From positions 141,864 to 205,863 of the IMG/VR virus record IMGVR_UViG_3300002054_000021: 64,000 nt of DNA. The stretch is one strand, 5' to 3'. Below are positions 28,067-38,733 of this stretch, one piece after another. The notes beneath the pieces were generated by a model. It had not been told where the DNA came from and made no database searches. It saw only the letters and a program-made list of their open reading frames with translations. Within the stretch, counting starts at the first letter, position 1. Each line of letters starts with the position of its first letter. Source of the DNA: a virus. Taxonomy: Duplodnaviria; Heunggongvirae; Uroviricota; Caudoviricetes. The translations under genes and the position numbers were made by a program.

Positions 28067-28513
28067 ATGAAAGTTTCTAATTCATGTATAATTTGGCCGT
28101 ATTCAAGCAGGGTTAGAAATGGTTACGAATATCCTAAAATAAATGTTAGATTAGATGGTGCTTCATTGTCACTAAATCCATATAGGGTTTCATTAATAAT
28201 GAGCTGTGGATATCATGATGACGAAGAATTTAATATTGCCTGTCACGATCCTGTACACTGCACTACTAGTCTATGCATAAATCCTCGTCATTTAAGATGG
28301 GGAACTCACTCAGAAAATATGGCTGACAAGATTTTATCTGGAACAAGTGGAAAAGGGTCTAAAAATGGGTGGGCTAAATTAACTGAAGATGATGTTAGAA
28401 ATATATTGTCTGATTCTAGATCTGGGGTTGAAATGTCAAAAATATATGGAGTTAACCCGTCAGCAATATCAAAAATAAGAACTGGAAAAAGATGGGGTCA
28501 TATAAAAGTATGA
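28067..28513 (+). mobile_element. HNH/His-Me finger homing endonuclease
   Basis: CIIWPY; CHDPVHCTTSLCINPRHL; HTH tail. Confidence 0.9.
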
Positions 28514-28570
28514 CAACAATCTTGACATTTATGTATAGCTATTGTATTATGTCATAAAATTATATTAAGA

Positions 28571-28849
28571 TTGATAATTATGAACAGCAAGTATTTTATT
28601 TCTTTTATTGGTATACTTATGTGCTTATGCATGTGGAAGTATATATCTGAATCAAAATCTGAGCCTACAATAACTTTAGATAGTCATGTTTCTTACATAA
28701 ATAAGTGCGAAGCTAATAATCATAAGTTAAACAAGGAGCTGGAGGATCTTTACGCCAAGAACTTGCAAATAATATCAGATTATAGACTTGATCGAGTTAA
28801 GCATAATCTTGAATTTCACCACAACCACCACGAGTCAAGTAATGATTAA
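28571..28849 (+). CDS. membrane-anchored hypothetical protein
   Basis: N-terminal TM plus coiled coil. Confidence 0.55.
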   Translation: MIIMNSKYFISFIGILMCLCMWKYISESKSEPTITLDSHVSYINKCEANNHKLNKELEDLYAKNLQIISDYRLDRVKHNLEFHHNHHESSND

Positions 28850-29183
28850 TGAAAATGAAGTTGGTAAGATCGCTGTATTTTGGAGAAGGGGCTATAAAGG
28901 GGCTGCGACAGGAAAATATACAGCCTCTTGTGTTAATAGAAAATGCTACTCCTCTTGGGAAATAAGTAGGGACGCGGCGCTAAGAAAGTTAACATGTAAT
29001 TGCGAGGCTGATTAATAAAATGATAGAGGATGCTGGAAAAAGGAAGTCTGATAACCAATCGTTAAATGATAGGTTAAGGGAAATAAAATCTGAGGAAGGA
29101 TGGGTAGATACTTCAGATCCAGACTGGAAGGCTAGACTTTCAGAGAGAATGAATAAAAAATCAAAAGATGATGAGATTTAAGG

Positions 29184-29405
29184 ATGAGTGAAAATATAGA
29201 AAATCAAAGAGATGTAATTATCATACAAGCCTTAATTGGGGCTGAAGAGTTTAGGATATCCAAAATGAGATCTGGATTAAATAACTTGAACATGAGTGCG
29301 GAAAATATAAATAAATTTAAAGATGCTGTCGATGAAGTTGAGGTTGAGCTATTATCCTTAAGGAAAAGGTTTAATAAAATAAAAGATAGACAAAAAATTT
29401 ATTAA
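29184..29405 (+). CDS. hypothetical coiled-coil protein
   Basis: ORF track. Confidence 0.55.
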   Translation: MSENIENQRDVIIIQALIGAEEFRISKMRSGLNNLNMSAENINKFKDAVDEVEVELLSLRKRFNKIKDRQKIY

Positions 29406-29415
29406 GGGAGTTTAT

Positions 29416-29820
29416 ATGGCTTTGTGGCCTTTCAATAAAGAGTTTGGGTTTTGGGATGAGTGGAGAGGCCATAGCGATGGGACCCCTGTATTCTTTTCAA
29501 GGACTATATTTAGATTCAAGGGGTGGAAAATAGGAATTCATTCTATGGTGCATCCAGATATGGAGGCATGTTTCCATTCTCACCCCGCAATCGCAACAAG
29601 ATTTGTATTTTGGGGTGGATACACCGAAGAAATTTATTCAGAAGACATTAAGATATCAATAATGAATGACGTAAAGCCGATGTCAGTCTCAAAGATCGTT
29701 CCAAATATGGTCCACAGAATTCATGAAATAACAAATGGAAAAACATCTTATACTCTTTGGATAAGGAGACCTATCACACACAAGGTAAGGCTAGTGGGTT
29801 CTGGGTGGTCTAAATTATAG
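29416..29820 (+). CDS. cupin-like phage protein
   Basis: FHSHP...GGYTE...HRIH; resembles 8172..8621. Confidence 0.6.
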   Translation: MALWPFNKEFGFWDEWRGHSDGTPVFFSRTIFRFKGWKIGIHSMVHPDMEACFHSHPAIATRFVFWGGYTEEIYSEDIKISIMNDVKPMSVSKIVPNMVHRIHEITNGKTSYTLWIRRPITHKVRLVGSGWSKL

Positions 29821-29877
29821 AGCTTGACTATTAGACTTATGCATGTATAATGCTCAATCTAATATTAGGGAGGCTCT

Positions 29878-30165
29878 ATGGAGCGGGAAAGATATAAAGT
29901 TGTCACAGGAGATGGTGAGGTCATACATATGTTAAAGGAATCTCTAGTTAACAACTGGATTTCCAAGGACAAATGGATAAGCATGCCTTATCAGATGAGT
30001 GTGTATGACGCTTACACTGGTGAAATATATCATAACTGCGAGATAGTTGGTGATAATTGGTGCGGATACGAAGAGGATACACTTCACGCTCTGGTTGAGC
30101 CAACTCATTATATGTATTTAGATCCGCCAGATAATAAAAAAAAGGACGATAATGATGGAAGATAA
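29878..30165 (+). CDS. DUF551-like phage protein
   Basis: WIS...PTHYMYLDPP. Confidence 0.5.
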   Translation: MERERYKVVTGDGEVIHMLKESLVNNWISKDKWISMPYQMSVYDAYTGEIYHNCEIVGDNWCGYEEDTLHALVEPTHYMYLDPPDNKKKDDNDGR

Positions 30166-30272
30166 GAAGAGTATAAACTTTGGTTGGATGGCAGACTTGC
30201 TTGTTATCTATCTAATAATTTGCATGTTCATAGGTGTTTTTGTTAATTTAAATTGGATTTACTCCATTATTT

Positions 30273-30803
30273 TTACCTAGAATGCATAACTCTATCTATA
30301 GCCTCTATGCCTTGAGTTCTGGCTTGATTAATAGATTGTGATATTTTTAGGTTGCCTCCTACGTCTGGGTGGTGCCTCTTTAAAAGCTTGTTTGCTGCAG
30401 AATTTATGCTTGACTTGTCCACCTTTCCCCAAATGCCCAAAACTTTAAGCCAATTTGCCGACTTCCTCATCCTTAATGAAGGATTCTTATTCTCAAGCTT
30501 TATTATGCCGTCTAAAGATATGACAAGATCTCTTAACTTCTTCCTAGTTTCAACCTTCGGCATTAATCCAGTAGCAACATTAATCCCATATCTATCAGGA
30601 AATGAACTGATATCTATAACATAGTCATGTATAACTATACATTCAGAATCAACAAGATTAACCACCAGAGAATTACTTCCTGAGCCATCGTTAACTTGAT
30701 CTATTAAGTGGTTCAGCAATGTCGCCAATGAATTATCCCATTTTTTACACGTTCTAAATCCTTGCTTCCAATATTTTGGCAATACTCTGTATAAGTCCAT
30801 CAT
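30273..30803 (-). CDS. protein with C-terminal J-domain-like motif
   Basis: LLKRHHPDVGGN...INQA. Confidence 0.7.
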   Translation of the reverse strand: MMDLYRVLPKYWKQGFRTCKKWDNSLATLLNHLIDQVNDGSGSNSLVVNLVDSECIVIHDYVIDISSFPDRYGINVATGLMPKVETRKKLRDLVISLDGIIKLENKNPSLRMRKSANWLKVLGIWGKVDKSSINSAANKLLKRHHPDVGGNLKISQSINQARTQGIEAIDRVMHSR

Positions 30804-30855
30804 AATCTCCTACAGTAGGACATTACTGTATTGAAAAGATTTGTCAATATTTAAA

Positions 30856-31107
30856 TTATTTTTTATTCTTTCCTTTCTTAATACTTAATAGACGGTTCTT
30901 TAATTCTTCGTTTTCATTTTTCAATTCCACAACTCTCCCATAGACATATCTCATATTGTTAGATTTTATCTTGTCCTTTAATTCAAGCTCTAACCACATA
31001 CATAAGTGCTCAAGCAAATCTAACTCGCTAGGGATGGCTGAAGAAACTGTTATAGTGCAAGTATCTCTCGTCGTACACAATTTAGTCCAATCTTTGTCTA
31101 TATTCAT
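30856..31107 (-). CDS. hypothetical protein
   Basis: ORF track. Confidence 0.55.
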   Translation of the reverse strand: MNIDKDWTKLCTTRDTCTITVSSAIPSELDLLEHLCMWLELELKDKIKSNNMRYVYGRVVELKNENEELKNRLLSIKKGKNKK

Positions 31108-31205
31108 AATTTAAACCTTGTTAATACATATGAACAAATAGTTAACAAATAATATAATGCAATAGATAATTTAAATTTTGTTTTATTGACACGGCTTATT
31201 AATTA

Positions 31206-31589
31206 TTGTATAATTTGATTATGAATATTAAAAATATATTTCCATCTTGGTCAGAGGGTCGTCAAGGGTCTGGGTATTATGTTATGCCGCTCATCTGTTC
31301 AAATAGACTCAGATTTGATTCTTATATATTGAAATTTCCAGACAAGTCATATATAGATGACCACAAAGATCCTGTAGAAAAAGGCATTCATGTTAGAATA
31401 AATATAGTTATTAAAAAGCCGTCGGCTGGCGGTGTGTTTGCATGTGAAAAGACCATATTGAACTTGCCGAGACTAAAGATTTTTCGACCAGATAAATATA
31501 ACCATTCTGTAAGTGAAGTATTCGGCAAACCTAGAATTGTTTTAAGTGTCGGGTTTAACCTCATCAACCCCTTCTCCAAGGCAAAATGA
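31206..31589 (+). CDS. 2OG-Fe(II) oxygenase (prolyl-hydroxylase-like)
   Basis: HKD...HSV...R-x-x-LS. Confidence 0.75.
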   Translation: MYNLIMNIKNIFPSWSEGRQGSGYYVMPLICSNRLRFDSYILKFPDKSYIDDHKDPVEKGIHVRINIVIKKPSAGGVFACEKTILNLPRLKIFRPDKYNHSVSEVFGKPRIVLSVGFNLINPFSKAK

Positions 31590-31998
31590 TATATAATTAG
31601 ATATCATGTCTCTAACCAAATCTAGATCGGTAGGAGCACCTTCATCCCATTCAAACTTCCTATAACATTCATCACAGGTTAGCCTTCTGCCTTCACAGTT
31701 TGAGCATGGAGCATTTCCTACGTGACAATAACAGGGGTCGTCGTCATAGTCGTAAAACAACAAACCTTCGCATCTATAATAACCACAGACAGAACCTTCT
31801 TCTTCTCCTATAGCCATAAAATTACTTGACTTTCTTAAAAAATAGTGCATAATGAAAAAATGATTCATTTTATATTAACAAAATTGTTCAAGAAAAGCAA
31901 GTGCGAAATGTTGCTTGTGGGCACTTTTGGATCAGATGAAAATGGATTCTTTGAGAGATATGAATGCCAATGCGGAAAAAAATACAGGATAGAGGGAA

Positions 31999-32538
31999 TT
32001 GAGAAATAGAGAAATATCGTTATCTAGTAAAGATGTTGACTTAATAGCTAGAGCTGCCAAGTTCGCTAAAGAAAAACATGAAGGTGTATTTAGAAAGAAC
32101 TCTAAAGAGCCGTACTTCACGCACCCAGAGAGGGTTGCCAATTTAGTTAGGTCATTTGGTGGTGACGCAGCTCAGATAGCGGCTGCTTATTTACACGACG
32201 TGCCAGAGGATACAGACGTTGAAATATCAGAAATAAAGAACAAGTTTGGCAGAGATGTTGCCCATTTAGTTATATGGATGACCAATAGATGTGACCATCT
32301 TCACGGCAATAGAAGATTAAGAAAGAAGTTAGAGAGAGGTTTTATTAAACATGCTCCAGACAGAGTTAAGACTATAAAAGTATGCGATGTCCTAGACAAT
32401 ACTGCAGATCTCGAATCTCATGATCCAGACTTCAGAGACTTATATCTATCTGAAAAGAGAGAGCTATTTAAAGAATCTTTAAAGGGTGCAGACTCAGAGG
32501 CTCTTGAATTGCTTAGAATTAGATTATTTGGAGAATAG
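31999..32538 (+). CDS. HD-domain small alarmone hydrolase-like protein (RelA/SpoT hydrolase, Mesh1-like)
   Basis: KHEG..RK...EPYFTHP, AAYLHDVPED, KVCDVLDN. Confidence 0.85.
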   Translation: MRNREISLSSKDVDLIARAAKFAKEKHEGVFRKNSKEPYFTHPERVANLVRSFGGDAAQIAAAYLHDVPEDTDVEISEIKNKFGRDVAHLVIWMTNRCDHLHGNRRLRKKLERGFIKHAPDRVKTIKVCDVLDNTADLESHDPDFRDLYLSEKRELFKESLKGADSEALELLRIRLFGE

Positions 32539-32955
32539 GTGCTTAAAATCTTTCCTCATCTCTTCTTTCTCTTCATCTGTCTTTGATTTCATTTCTTCGT
32601 AAATTTTATCAAGCTCTGAATTTACAAAGCTTACAACCTCCATACAGAACTTTTTATTTCCTGTAGATATGTATTGATTGGAGTGCTTGTAAGCTTGCTC
32701 ATACTTAAGCTTAGCAAAACCTCCAGACCTAGAAACCCTGCACCCTAAAGTTAGGTCTTCTGCCAAGTTTCTTATATGCATAGCTACATACGTATTCTTA
32801 CTCCCAGATCCAGCATATGAGGATATACAATGCCTCATCCTTGAGGATTCGTGTCTATAATCATCACTACTGCAAAGCACTACTACTTTAGACTTATACC
32901 TTTCATCACCATCAATCATTGAACCCACCATTTTGGAAAGATTAAACCCGCCCAA
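32524..32955 (-). CDS. PcfJ-like domain, C-terminal half of a split gene
   Basis: ESSRMRHCISSY; in frame with 32971..33876 across one TAA. Confidence 0.6.
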   Translation of the reverse strand: MGGFNLSKMVGSMIDGDERYKSKVVVLCSSDDYRHESSRMRHCISSYAGSGSKNTYVAMHIRNLAEDLTLGCRVSRSGGFAKLKYEQAYKHSNQYISTGNKKFCMEVVSFVNSELDKIYEEMKSKTDEEKEEMRKDFKHLFSK

Positions 32956-32970
32956 TTTTGAGTTATATCC

Positions 32971-33876
32971 TTAATATAAGGAGTTATAAAGATTTGATAT
33001 CCCGTCGTGATAGTCTGTAAATCTCTTTATTGACCACTTAGGGTTTACTTGAAGCTCGACATCGCAAGCAGCCGCCATCCTTTTTGCGTCGTACACCATA
33101 CCCATTAGACGAGTGCCCTCATTTGTCTTACCTCCCCCATAGTAAGATCCTAGGCTTTCTATACGAGCATCCCTTGTTCTTAAAATGGAATCTAGGTTGT
33201 TTAAAGTAAAGAATATTAGTGCCTTATTTTTATACATATCTTTACTATAACCAGTAAGAGCGACAGATCTCCTAATGTCTTGAATATCATGCTGAAGTAA
33301 TTCTTTTATGAATGATATATTGTCATCCATATTTTCTTCCTTCATGCATTTTAGGAGAAAATTATTTTGACCTCTTGTATTATTTATTAGCTTCGCCCAT
33401 AACCCTTTACCAAGAAAAGACCTCAGCTCTTGAGGTGTTTTATTAAATAGAAAAATAAACTGAGATATATGACATATCTTATCTTTCTCCAATTGATCAA
33501 CAATGGAATTATCCCTGTTGTAATTTTTTATTATTTCTTCCTTTATCTTTTTTGGATATCTACTTATCGCCATATGCTTCCTAATGAAACTATCTATAAA
33601 AAGATCATTCATCAGCACGTCAGTCCAAAATCTTATGTCATCTCTGTTGGGTTTTTCTGACCTTTCAGGACGATCAATTTCTGGCAGGTCTGAACTTAAA
33701 AGATGCTTATATTCAGAATATACTTGTGTTTTACCGTCGCTGCACTTCAAGTTTATTTTTTTGTTTTTTCTATCAACATATATCTTACAGGTATAGTAAT
33801 CTTTTAACCCTCTCCTGCTATATCCACGATCAAATGAATAAGGATTTACATGTATTTCTTTATAAAGCTCTTGCAT
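32971..33876 (-). CDS. PcfJ-like protein, N-terminal part
   Basis: DAKRM...WSIKRF..YHD, paralogous to 33933 and 37652. Confidence 0.6.
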   Translation of the reverse strand: MQELYKEIHVNPYSFDRGYSRRGLKDYYTCKIYVDRKNKKINLKCSDGKTQVYSEYKHLLSSDLPEIDRPERSEKPNRDDIRFWTDVLMNDLFIDSFIRKHMAISRYPKKIKEEIIKNYNRDNSIVDQLEKDKICHISQFIFLFNKTPQELRSFLGKGLWAKLINNTRGQNNFLLKCMKEENMDDNISFIKELLQHDIQDIRRSVALTGYSKDMYKNKALIFFTLNNLDSILRTRDARIESLGSYYGGGKTNEGTRLMGMVYDAKRMAAACDVELQVNPKWSIKRFTDYHDGISNLYNSLY

Positions 33877-33932
33877 AAAATTGCTTCTAAGTTATTATAT
33901 CGCATGCGTCAATAGTTAAACAGAAAATAATC

Positions 33933-35279
33933 ATGTCGAAGAAAAAGCAAGATAAAGAATATTATGCTAAAAGGTATAAAAAAATAAAACCCGCGAAAAT
34001 AAATATTGAATCTGACTATGAAGCTGGGGTTGTAAAAGTTGGCAAATTCTCTTCAACTGATAAAATTCACTTTAGTTTAAAACCCGTTGATATACACTCA
34101 ATAATATCTAAAAATAACAATCCTGAGGAGATTAAAAAATTTGAAGAAATAACCTTTAGTTCTAATGTTCATAGAAGTAGGGCGTTTAGGAATTTATTTT
34201 TCCCTAAAAATAGAGACGCCGTTTATACGGCAAAATGCTTTGATGTGTTCATAAATAATCCGTCAGAAATAACTCCATCCAAGCATATGACAATATCTCA
34301 AGCGGTATCTAAATATGGCTGGAGAGGAAAACAAATAAGGGCTGAGAAAGTTAGATTTATAAGAAAAAATATAGACATGATAAACAAACTTATAGATGAT
34401 AGTCAAGAAAATTTAGTAAAAATGTCGATAGAGCTTGGGTTTGATGTGGCCAAACACAGAAAAACCACATTTAGTAAATCATCTTGGAAGAAATGCTTAA
34501 AAAATACTGAGCATAGAAATTATATATCTGCGCTGTTGTACAAAAAGTCACCAGATGACCCTTTTGCTGACGCTGCCCCTTTGACTTTTGATGATATATT
34601 TAAATTTAGATCAAAAACTATAATGAACGGAACTAAGATTAGGTCTGTCTTTATATCACTTCAGGCGCTTTCTATAATAGAAAAAATCTGCAAACACTCC
34701 GCAACAAAGAATGAATTGAACAGAATTGGGTCTCTAGTTCACGACACTGAGAGAATGTGTCGTCGTCAGGGTGTTACATTTAATAATAAGTGGTCACATC
34801 AAAGATTACTGAGGGAGCATGAAGAGAGATCAAGAAATGTAAACTTTTCAAGAGGATTAAATTTTTCTGATGATGAAATTTTTCTTAATCCTAAGAAGGT
34901 GTGCAAGAGATTAAGGAAGAAAGATAACATTTTTACCAAAATATCAAAATATAAATTCTCATACGAAAGAAAAGATGCACCTAAGGTTATCATTAAAGTT
35001 TTGGTTAACAAGTCTGATTTTAGAGAGGAGTCTCAATTGATGAAACACTGTATAGGGTCATACTGCTCTAGATCTAGAGGTGGAACTTATTTAGCTTTAA
35101 ATTTATCATATGAAGAGGATGGAATCTCTGGTCCGTGTACTGCAGGATACTCCCTGTCACCTGATGGATTGTTTAGGGTTCAACAAGTATATTCAGCAAG
35201 AAACAAAGACGCAGACCCATACCTAAAAGATGTTGCCCATAACATCGTTGGAAAACATATCAATAAAAAGAAGAAGTAA
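33933..35279 (+). CDS. PcfJ-like domain protein
   Basis: DTERM...WSHQRLLREHE...ESQLMKHCIGSY. Confidence 0.65.
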   Translation: MSKKKQDKEYYAKRYKKIKPAKINIESDYEAGVVKVGKFSSTDKIHFSLKPVDIHSIISKNNNPEEIKKFEEITFSSNVHRSRAFRNLFFPKNRDAVYTAKCFDVFINNPSEITPSKHMTISQAVSKYGWRGKQIRAEKVRFIRKNIDMINKLIDDSQENLVKMSIELGFDVAKHRKTTFSKSSWKKCLKNTEHRNYISALLYKKSPDDPFADAAPLTFDDIFKFRSKTIMNGTKIRSVFISLQALSIIEKICKHSATKNELNRIGSLVHDTERMCRRQGVTFNNKWSHQRLLREHEERSRNVNFSRGLNFSDDEIFLNPKKVCKRLRKKDNIFTKISKYKFSYERKDAPKVIIKVLVNKSDFREESQLMKHCIGSYCSRSRGGTYLALNLSYEEDGISGPCTAGYSLSPDGLFRVQQVYSARNKDADPYLKDVAHNIVGKHINKKKK

Positions 35280-35290
35280 ACAACTGGCAT

Positions 35291-35318
35291 AAAAAAAGGC
35301 GGGGAAACCCGCCTTTTT
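35291..35318. terminator. bidirectional rho-independent terminator
   Basis: A7-GGCGGG-GAAA-CCCGCC-T5 between convergent genes. Confidence 0.9.
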
Positions 35319-35339
35319 ATTGACATCTTTTGGAGGATG

Positions 35340-36257
35340 CTATTTTGCTTGACGCTTTGTAAGATTTCTCTTGACGAAGCTTGAATTAGCTTCACCTTTC
35401 TCACTATCAACTTTACCGCTGATTGCTTTGTAGACGTCTGACACCTCAAGCTCAAGACCATCAAGATCTTTTTGCGTGATCGCTGACAGAGATGTGTACT
35501 TATCGCCAAATCGGCAATCGCGGTAAACAACAAGCTCTCCAGAAGTTCCAGTCTCGCAAGATGAAGCCTCTGCCGTAGGGCAGATAACTAGAGAGTCTGG
35601 TCTAGCTGTGATGTAGAACGATCCTCTATTATACACGCTAAATGTGCCTTGGACAGAACCGTCATCAAACGCGCTAACACTATTAACTTCACCACGGCGC
35701 AATACAGACCATAAAGTGTCTCTAAAGTCATCAATAGAGTTGACGCCCCATTCTGGGTCTTGCTCTTGTAGTTCCTCGCAGAATGCACGAGTGGCCTCCT
35801 CTTGAGCTGAAGAAGGCTCAGAAAGGTTATCACCAAGATCGTTTACGCCAGAAACTTCCTCATCATAAGAAGGGATGCTTCCATTTCGGCCAGTAACAGA
35901 GCTGATATCTGCATCATAGTCGTATGACTTACCAAAGAACCCAGTTGTGCCGATATGGCCATTAGATGTCTCTAGATGATTAGATGATACTGCATTCATA
36001 TCAAATACACTATAAACGCGCCAAGAGCCGTTAACAGCTTCCGAGAAAAATGCTTTTAAGTTACTTCTCGCGTATGCGCTCTCATCCGCAAACTCATTAT
36101 GAGTCTTCAGCAATTGATAGCGAATGTGAATATTGTCTTCACCGTCTTCGCCATTATTGTAGACAAAACTTTCTGGCATATCGCCAATATTCATCTCTTT
36201 ATCTGCGTAGTCTTCGTGGCAAAAATTGCCTTGGTTGTCTTCGTATGCTTCGGTCAC
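35340..36257 (-). CDS. acidic hypothetical protein
   Basis: ORF with SD AAGGAG. Confidence 0.75.
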   Translation of the reverse strand: MTEAYEDNQGNFCHEDYADKEMNIGDMPESFVYNNGEDGEDNIHIRYQLLKTHNEFADESAYARSNLKAFFSEAVNGSWRVYSVFDMNAVSSNHLETSNGHIGTTGFFGKSYDYDADISSVTGRNGSIPSYDEEVSGVNDLGDNLSEPSSAQEEATRAFCEELQEQDPEWGVNSIDDFRDTLWSVLRRGEVNSVSAFDDGSVQGTFSVYNRGSFYITARPDSLVICPTAEASSCETGTSGELVVYRDCRFGDKYTSLSAITQKDLDGLELEVSDVYKAISGKVDSEKGEANSSFVKRNLTKRQAK

Positions 36258-36292
36258 AGTTTTCTCCTTGAATTGCTACTGTATATCTTCTT

Positions 36293-36739
36293 TTACACTG
36301 AAATAAAATCAATGTCAAATGATTTTATAAAATTTATTCCGTCTTCAGTTATCTTACACATAAAGCTATCTGTATTTCCAACTTGACCTACACTTATATA
36401 CGACTTTTCTTTTAAATAGTCATACTTCTTAATGTCTTCGTCACTTATTTCAAAAGATTTTATGCCGTATCTCTTGTATATATATTTCATGTCCCTTGAA
36501 GACCTTCTCTTATCGCAAGTTGAACAAACCTCTGGTGTTCGATCTTTTTCTTGAGAAAGCTCTCTAGCCCTAACCTCAAGCTCAGATCTTAAATCATGCT
36601 CAGTTTTCAAGTTACCAAAAACATCTCTTTTAAAAATATTTAAAGAACCCCTAACGGTTGATGTTCTCGTAGATATTATATTGCATAGAGGACAGAAAGC
36701 CTTATAAGAATATCTTTTTTCTATGTATTCAACACTCAT
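36293..36739 (-). CDS. zinc-binding hypothetical protein
   Basis: CPLC...CSTC. Confidence 0.6.
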   Translation of the reverse strand: MSVEYIEKRYSYKAFCPLCNIISTRTSTVRGSLNIFKRDVFGNLKTEHDLRSELEVRARELSQEKDRTPEVCSTCDKRRSSRDMKYIYKRYGIKSFEISDEDIKKYDYLKEKSYISVGQVGNTDSFMCKITEDGINFIKSFDIDFISV

Positions 36740-36853
36740 ATTATGAATTCCCCATTACCTCTAATAATTAACACATATTCTGGTATTTGTCAATATAAAA
36801 TTTACAATAAATTTATTGACATCACCAATTTAAAATACTATTATGTTTAAGAT

Positions 36854-37447
36854 ATGCCTATTTTAAAAGAAAAATTCGCTGATGAAGACCTGTCAATACT
36901 TTGCGCTGAGGCCTCTAGATTTGATAGTTTAACCCATTCCGTGGAATCTATAATGAATTCCGACGACTTAAGAGATAATAAAATATACAAACTTAGGCAA
37001 ATGGGATTAAGTTTGCAATCGATAGGGGATAGATTTGGGAAAATTTCAAGGGAGAGGGTTAGGCAAATATATAATGACTGCAAAGATAGGTTGGAGAAAG
37101 GGCAGAGCCTTAACTCTCCTAAAACAAGAAAGCCTCGAATGACGGAAGATCAAAGGTTTATAAGAGAGCTTAAAATAACGCCAAGAGCTATGAATTTTAT
37201 GTGTTGGCTCTCTGACAATATAAAGCCAAACGATAAAGGGCAAAAGATATTTGATTGGAATAGCGCAGATTTGTATTGTGAGGAATCAATAGAGACTATA
37301 ACTGATGTTGTCATGAAAGGGTTATTTGTCAGAAAACTAATTTTTATTGTTGACAGTAAATCAAAAACATACCATAGAGACCATAACGCCACATTCGCCA
37401 TAACTGAAGATGGGGATAAGGCAGCAAAACTAAGAGAATTGTATTAA
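36854..37447 (+). CDS. protein with sigma70 region-4-like HTH
   Basis: GLSLQSIGDRFGKISRERVRQI. Confidence 0.7.
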   Translation: MPILKEKFADEDLSILCAEASRFDSLTHSVESIMNSDDLRDNKIYKLRQMGLSLQSIGDRFGKISRERVRQIYNDCKDRLEKGQSLNSPKTRKPRMTEDQRFIRELKITPRAMNFMCWLSDNIKPNDKGQKIFDWNSADLYCEESIETITDVVMKGLFVRKLIFIVDSKSKTYHRDHNATFAITEDGDKAAKLRELY

Positions 37448-37659
37448 TGGCTGACAAGACTATAACGGTTGATTTACTTGAGTTACGGGACGCTGTTGCG
37501 GCTTGGATAAAAAACAAGTACAAAGAGGACGCCCTTCCAGAAAATATAATCTTCAAGGAGATTTATGATTCCAATGTAGCAGAGAAAGCTGGATTAGAAT
37601 ATAATTCTGTAACAATAGCAACAGTAAATATAGAAATGAAGGGATCTGCAGATGAGTAG
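37447..37659 (+). CDS. hypothetical protein
   Basis: Coupled ORF. Confidence 0.6.
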   Translation: MADKTITVDLLELRDAVAAWIKNKYKEDALPENIIFKEIYDSNVAEKAGLEYNSVTIATVNIEMKGSADE

Positions 37660-38704
37660 TCTTGTAATGTGGCCAGAAGCTGACGTAGTTGAGGCATGGA
37701 AAGTTAGTAAAGAATTTATGCTTACGGCGCTTTGTTGTAAATGTAACGGAACAGGGTTGGACAATGGTATAAGGAGAATTGCGAATAAAATATCTCCCAT
37801 AATAGACCAATGCTATGAAGACGAACTTTTTGGTGCTGTTCCATACTGCCTTATGTTTCAGAGGTCTCCAAAGGACGCAAAAGAGCTTTTAGGATCAGGT
37901 GTATGGAAGTCCATTATTAAAAGGCACCCTATACTTTCAGCAATCATCAATAGCTGTTTGCACTCTGCTGATATATCTGAAGAATTGATGGTAGAAATCA
38001 TCCAATCGACACACAATATAGATGCAAGTGTATTAATCTATTACATTTATGAGTGGAATAAAGACAACGGTCAAAGCGCTAATTTTGATTTAGCTCTACT
38101 GCTAAGGTTAAACAGGCTGCAAGATAAGTCTGAAGAAAATATTGAGCGCCATATCAACATGATAAGGGATTGCAGACGTATGTGCAATCAGTTAGACGAG
38201 GAATTCGACCCATCGATGGGCTGGACAAGGCTTAGGGAGTTTCATGATCTCTTGAGCGAAAAGATAGCATTCAAAGATCTTGGTATACCAGAGGGTAGTA
38301 ATTTTGTCATTGCTGATAAGTGTCAGGAAGTTTTGGACAACATTGAACTGCCTGAAAGTATTTCAGCTAAAGTTCTTACTAGTGTGGGCGATTTTAAAAA
38401 TGAACTTAATCAGATGCACCATTGTATCTTTTCTTACTGCAAGAGAAGCTTTGAAGACAGATATGTTGCGGTTCATATATCAGAGGTTATAGGTGACGGC
38501 ACCACCGTCGAGAGCACCTTAGGTATATCGTGCTCAGCCGACGCAAGCGGAAAAACTCTTGGCTCTTTCAATAAAGACCAACATTATGGAAAGAGAAACA
38601 AGTCGATCAGGAGTCACGACGACACGGTTAAGTCAGAAAAGCTTATCGTCTCTGCTTTTAATGCTTGGAAGGTGAAAGATGATAAATTAGAAAAGGAAGC
38701 TTAA
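37652..38704 (+). CDS. PcfJ-like domain protein
   Basis: DCRRM...LREFHD...ELNQMHHCIFSY. Confidence 0.65.
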   Translation: MSSLVMWPEADVVEAWKVSKEFMLTALCCKCNGTGLDNGIRRIANKISPIIDQCYEDELFGAVPYCLMFQRSPKDAKELLGSGVWKSIIKRHPILSAIINSCLHSADISEELMVEIIQSTHNIDASVLIYYIYEWNKDNGQSANFDLALLLRLNRLQDKSEENIERHINMIRDCRRMCNQLDEEFDPSMGWTRLREFHDLLSEKIAFKDLGIPEGSNFVIADKCQEVLDNIELPESISAKVLTSVGDFKNELNQMHHCIFSYCKRSFEDRYVAVHISEVIGDGTTVESTLGISCSADASGKTLGSFNKDQHYGKRNKSIRSHDDTVKSEKLIVSAFNAWKVKDDKLEKEA

Positions 38705-38733
38705 TGTAGTGCGATGCACTAAAGGGGGAAGTT

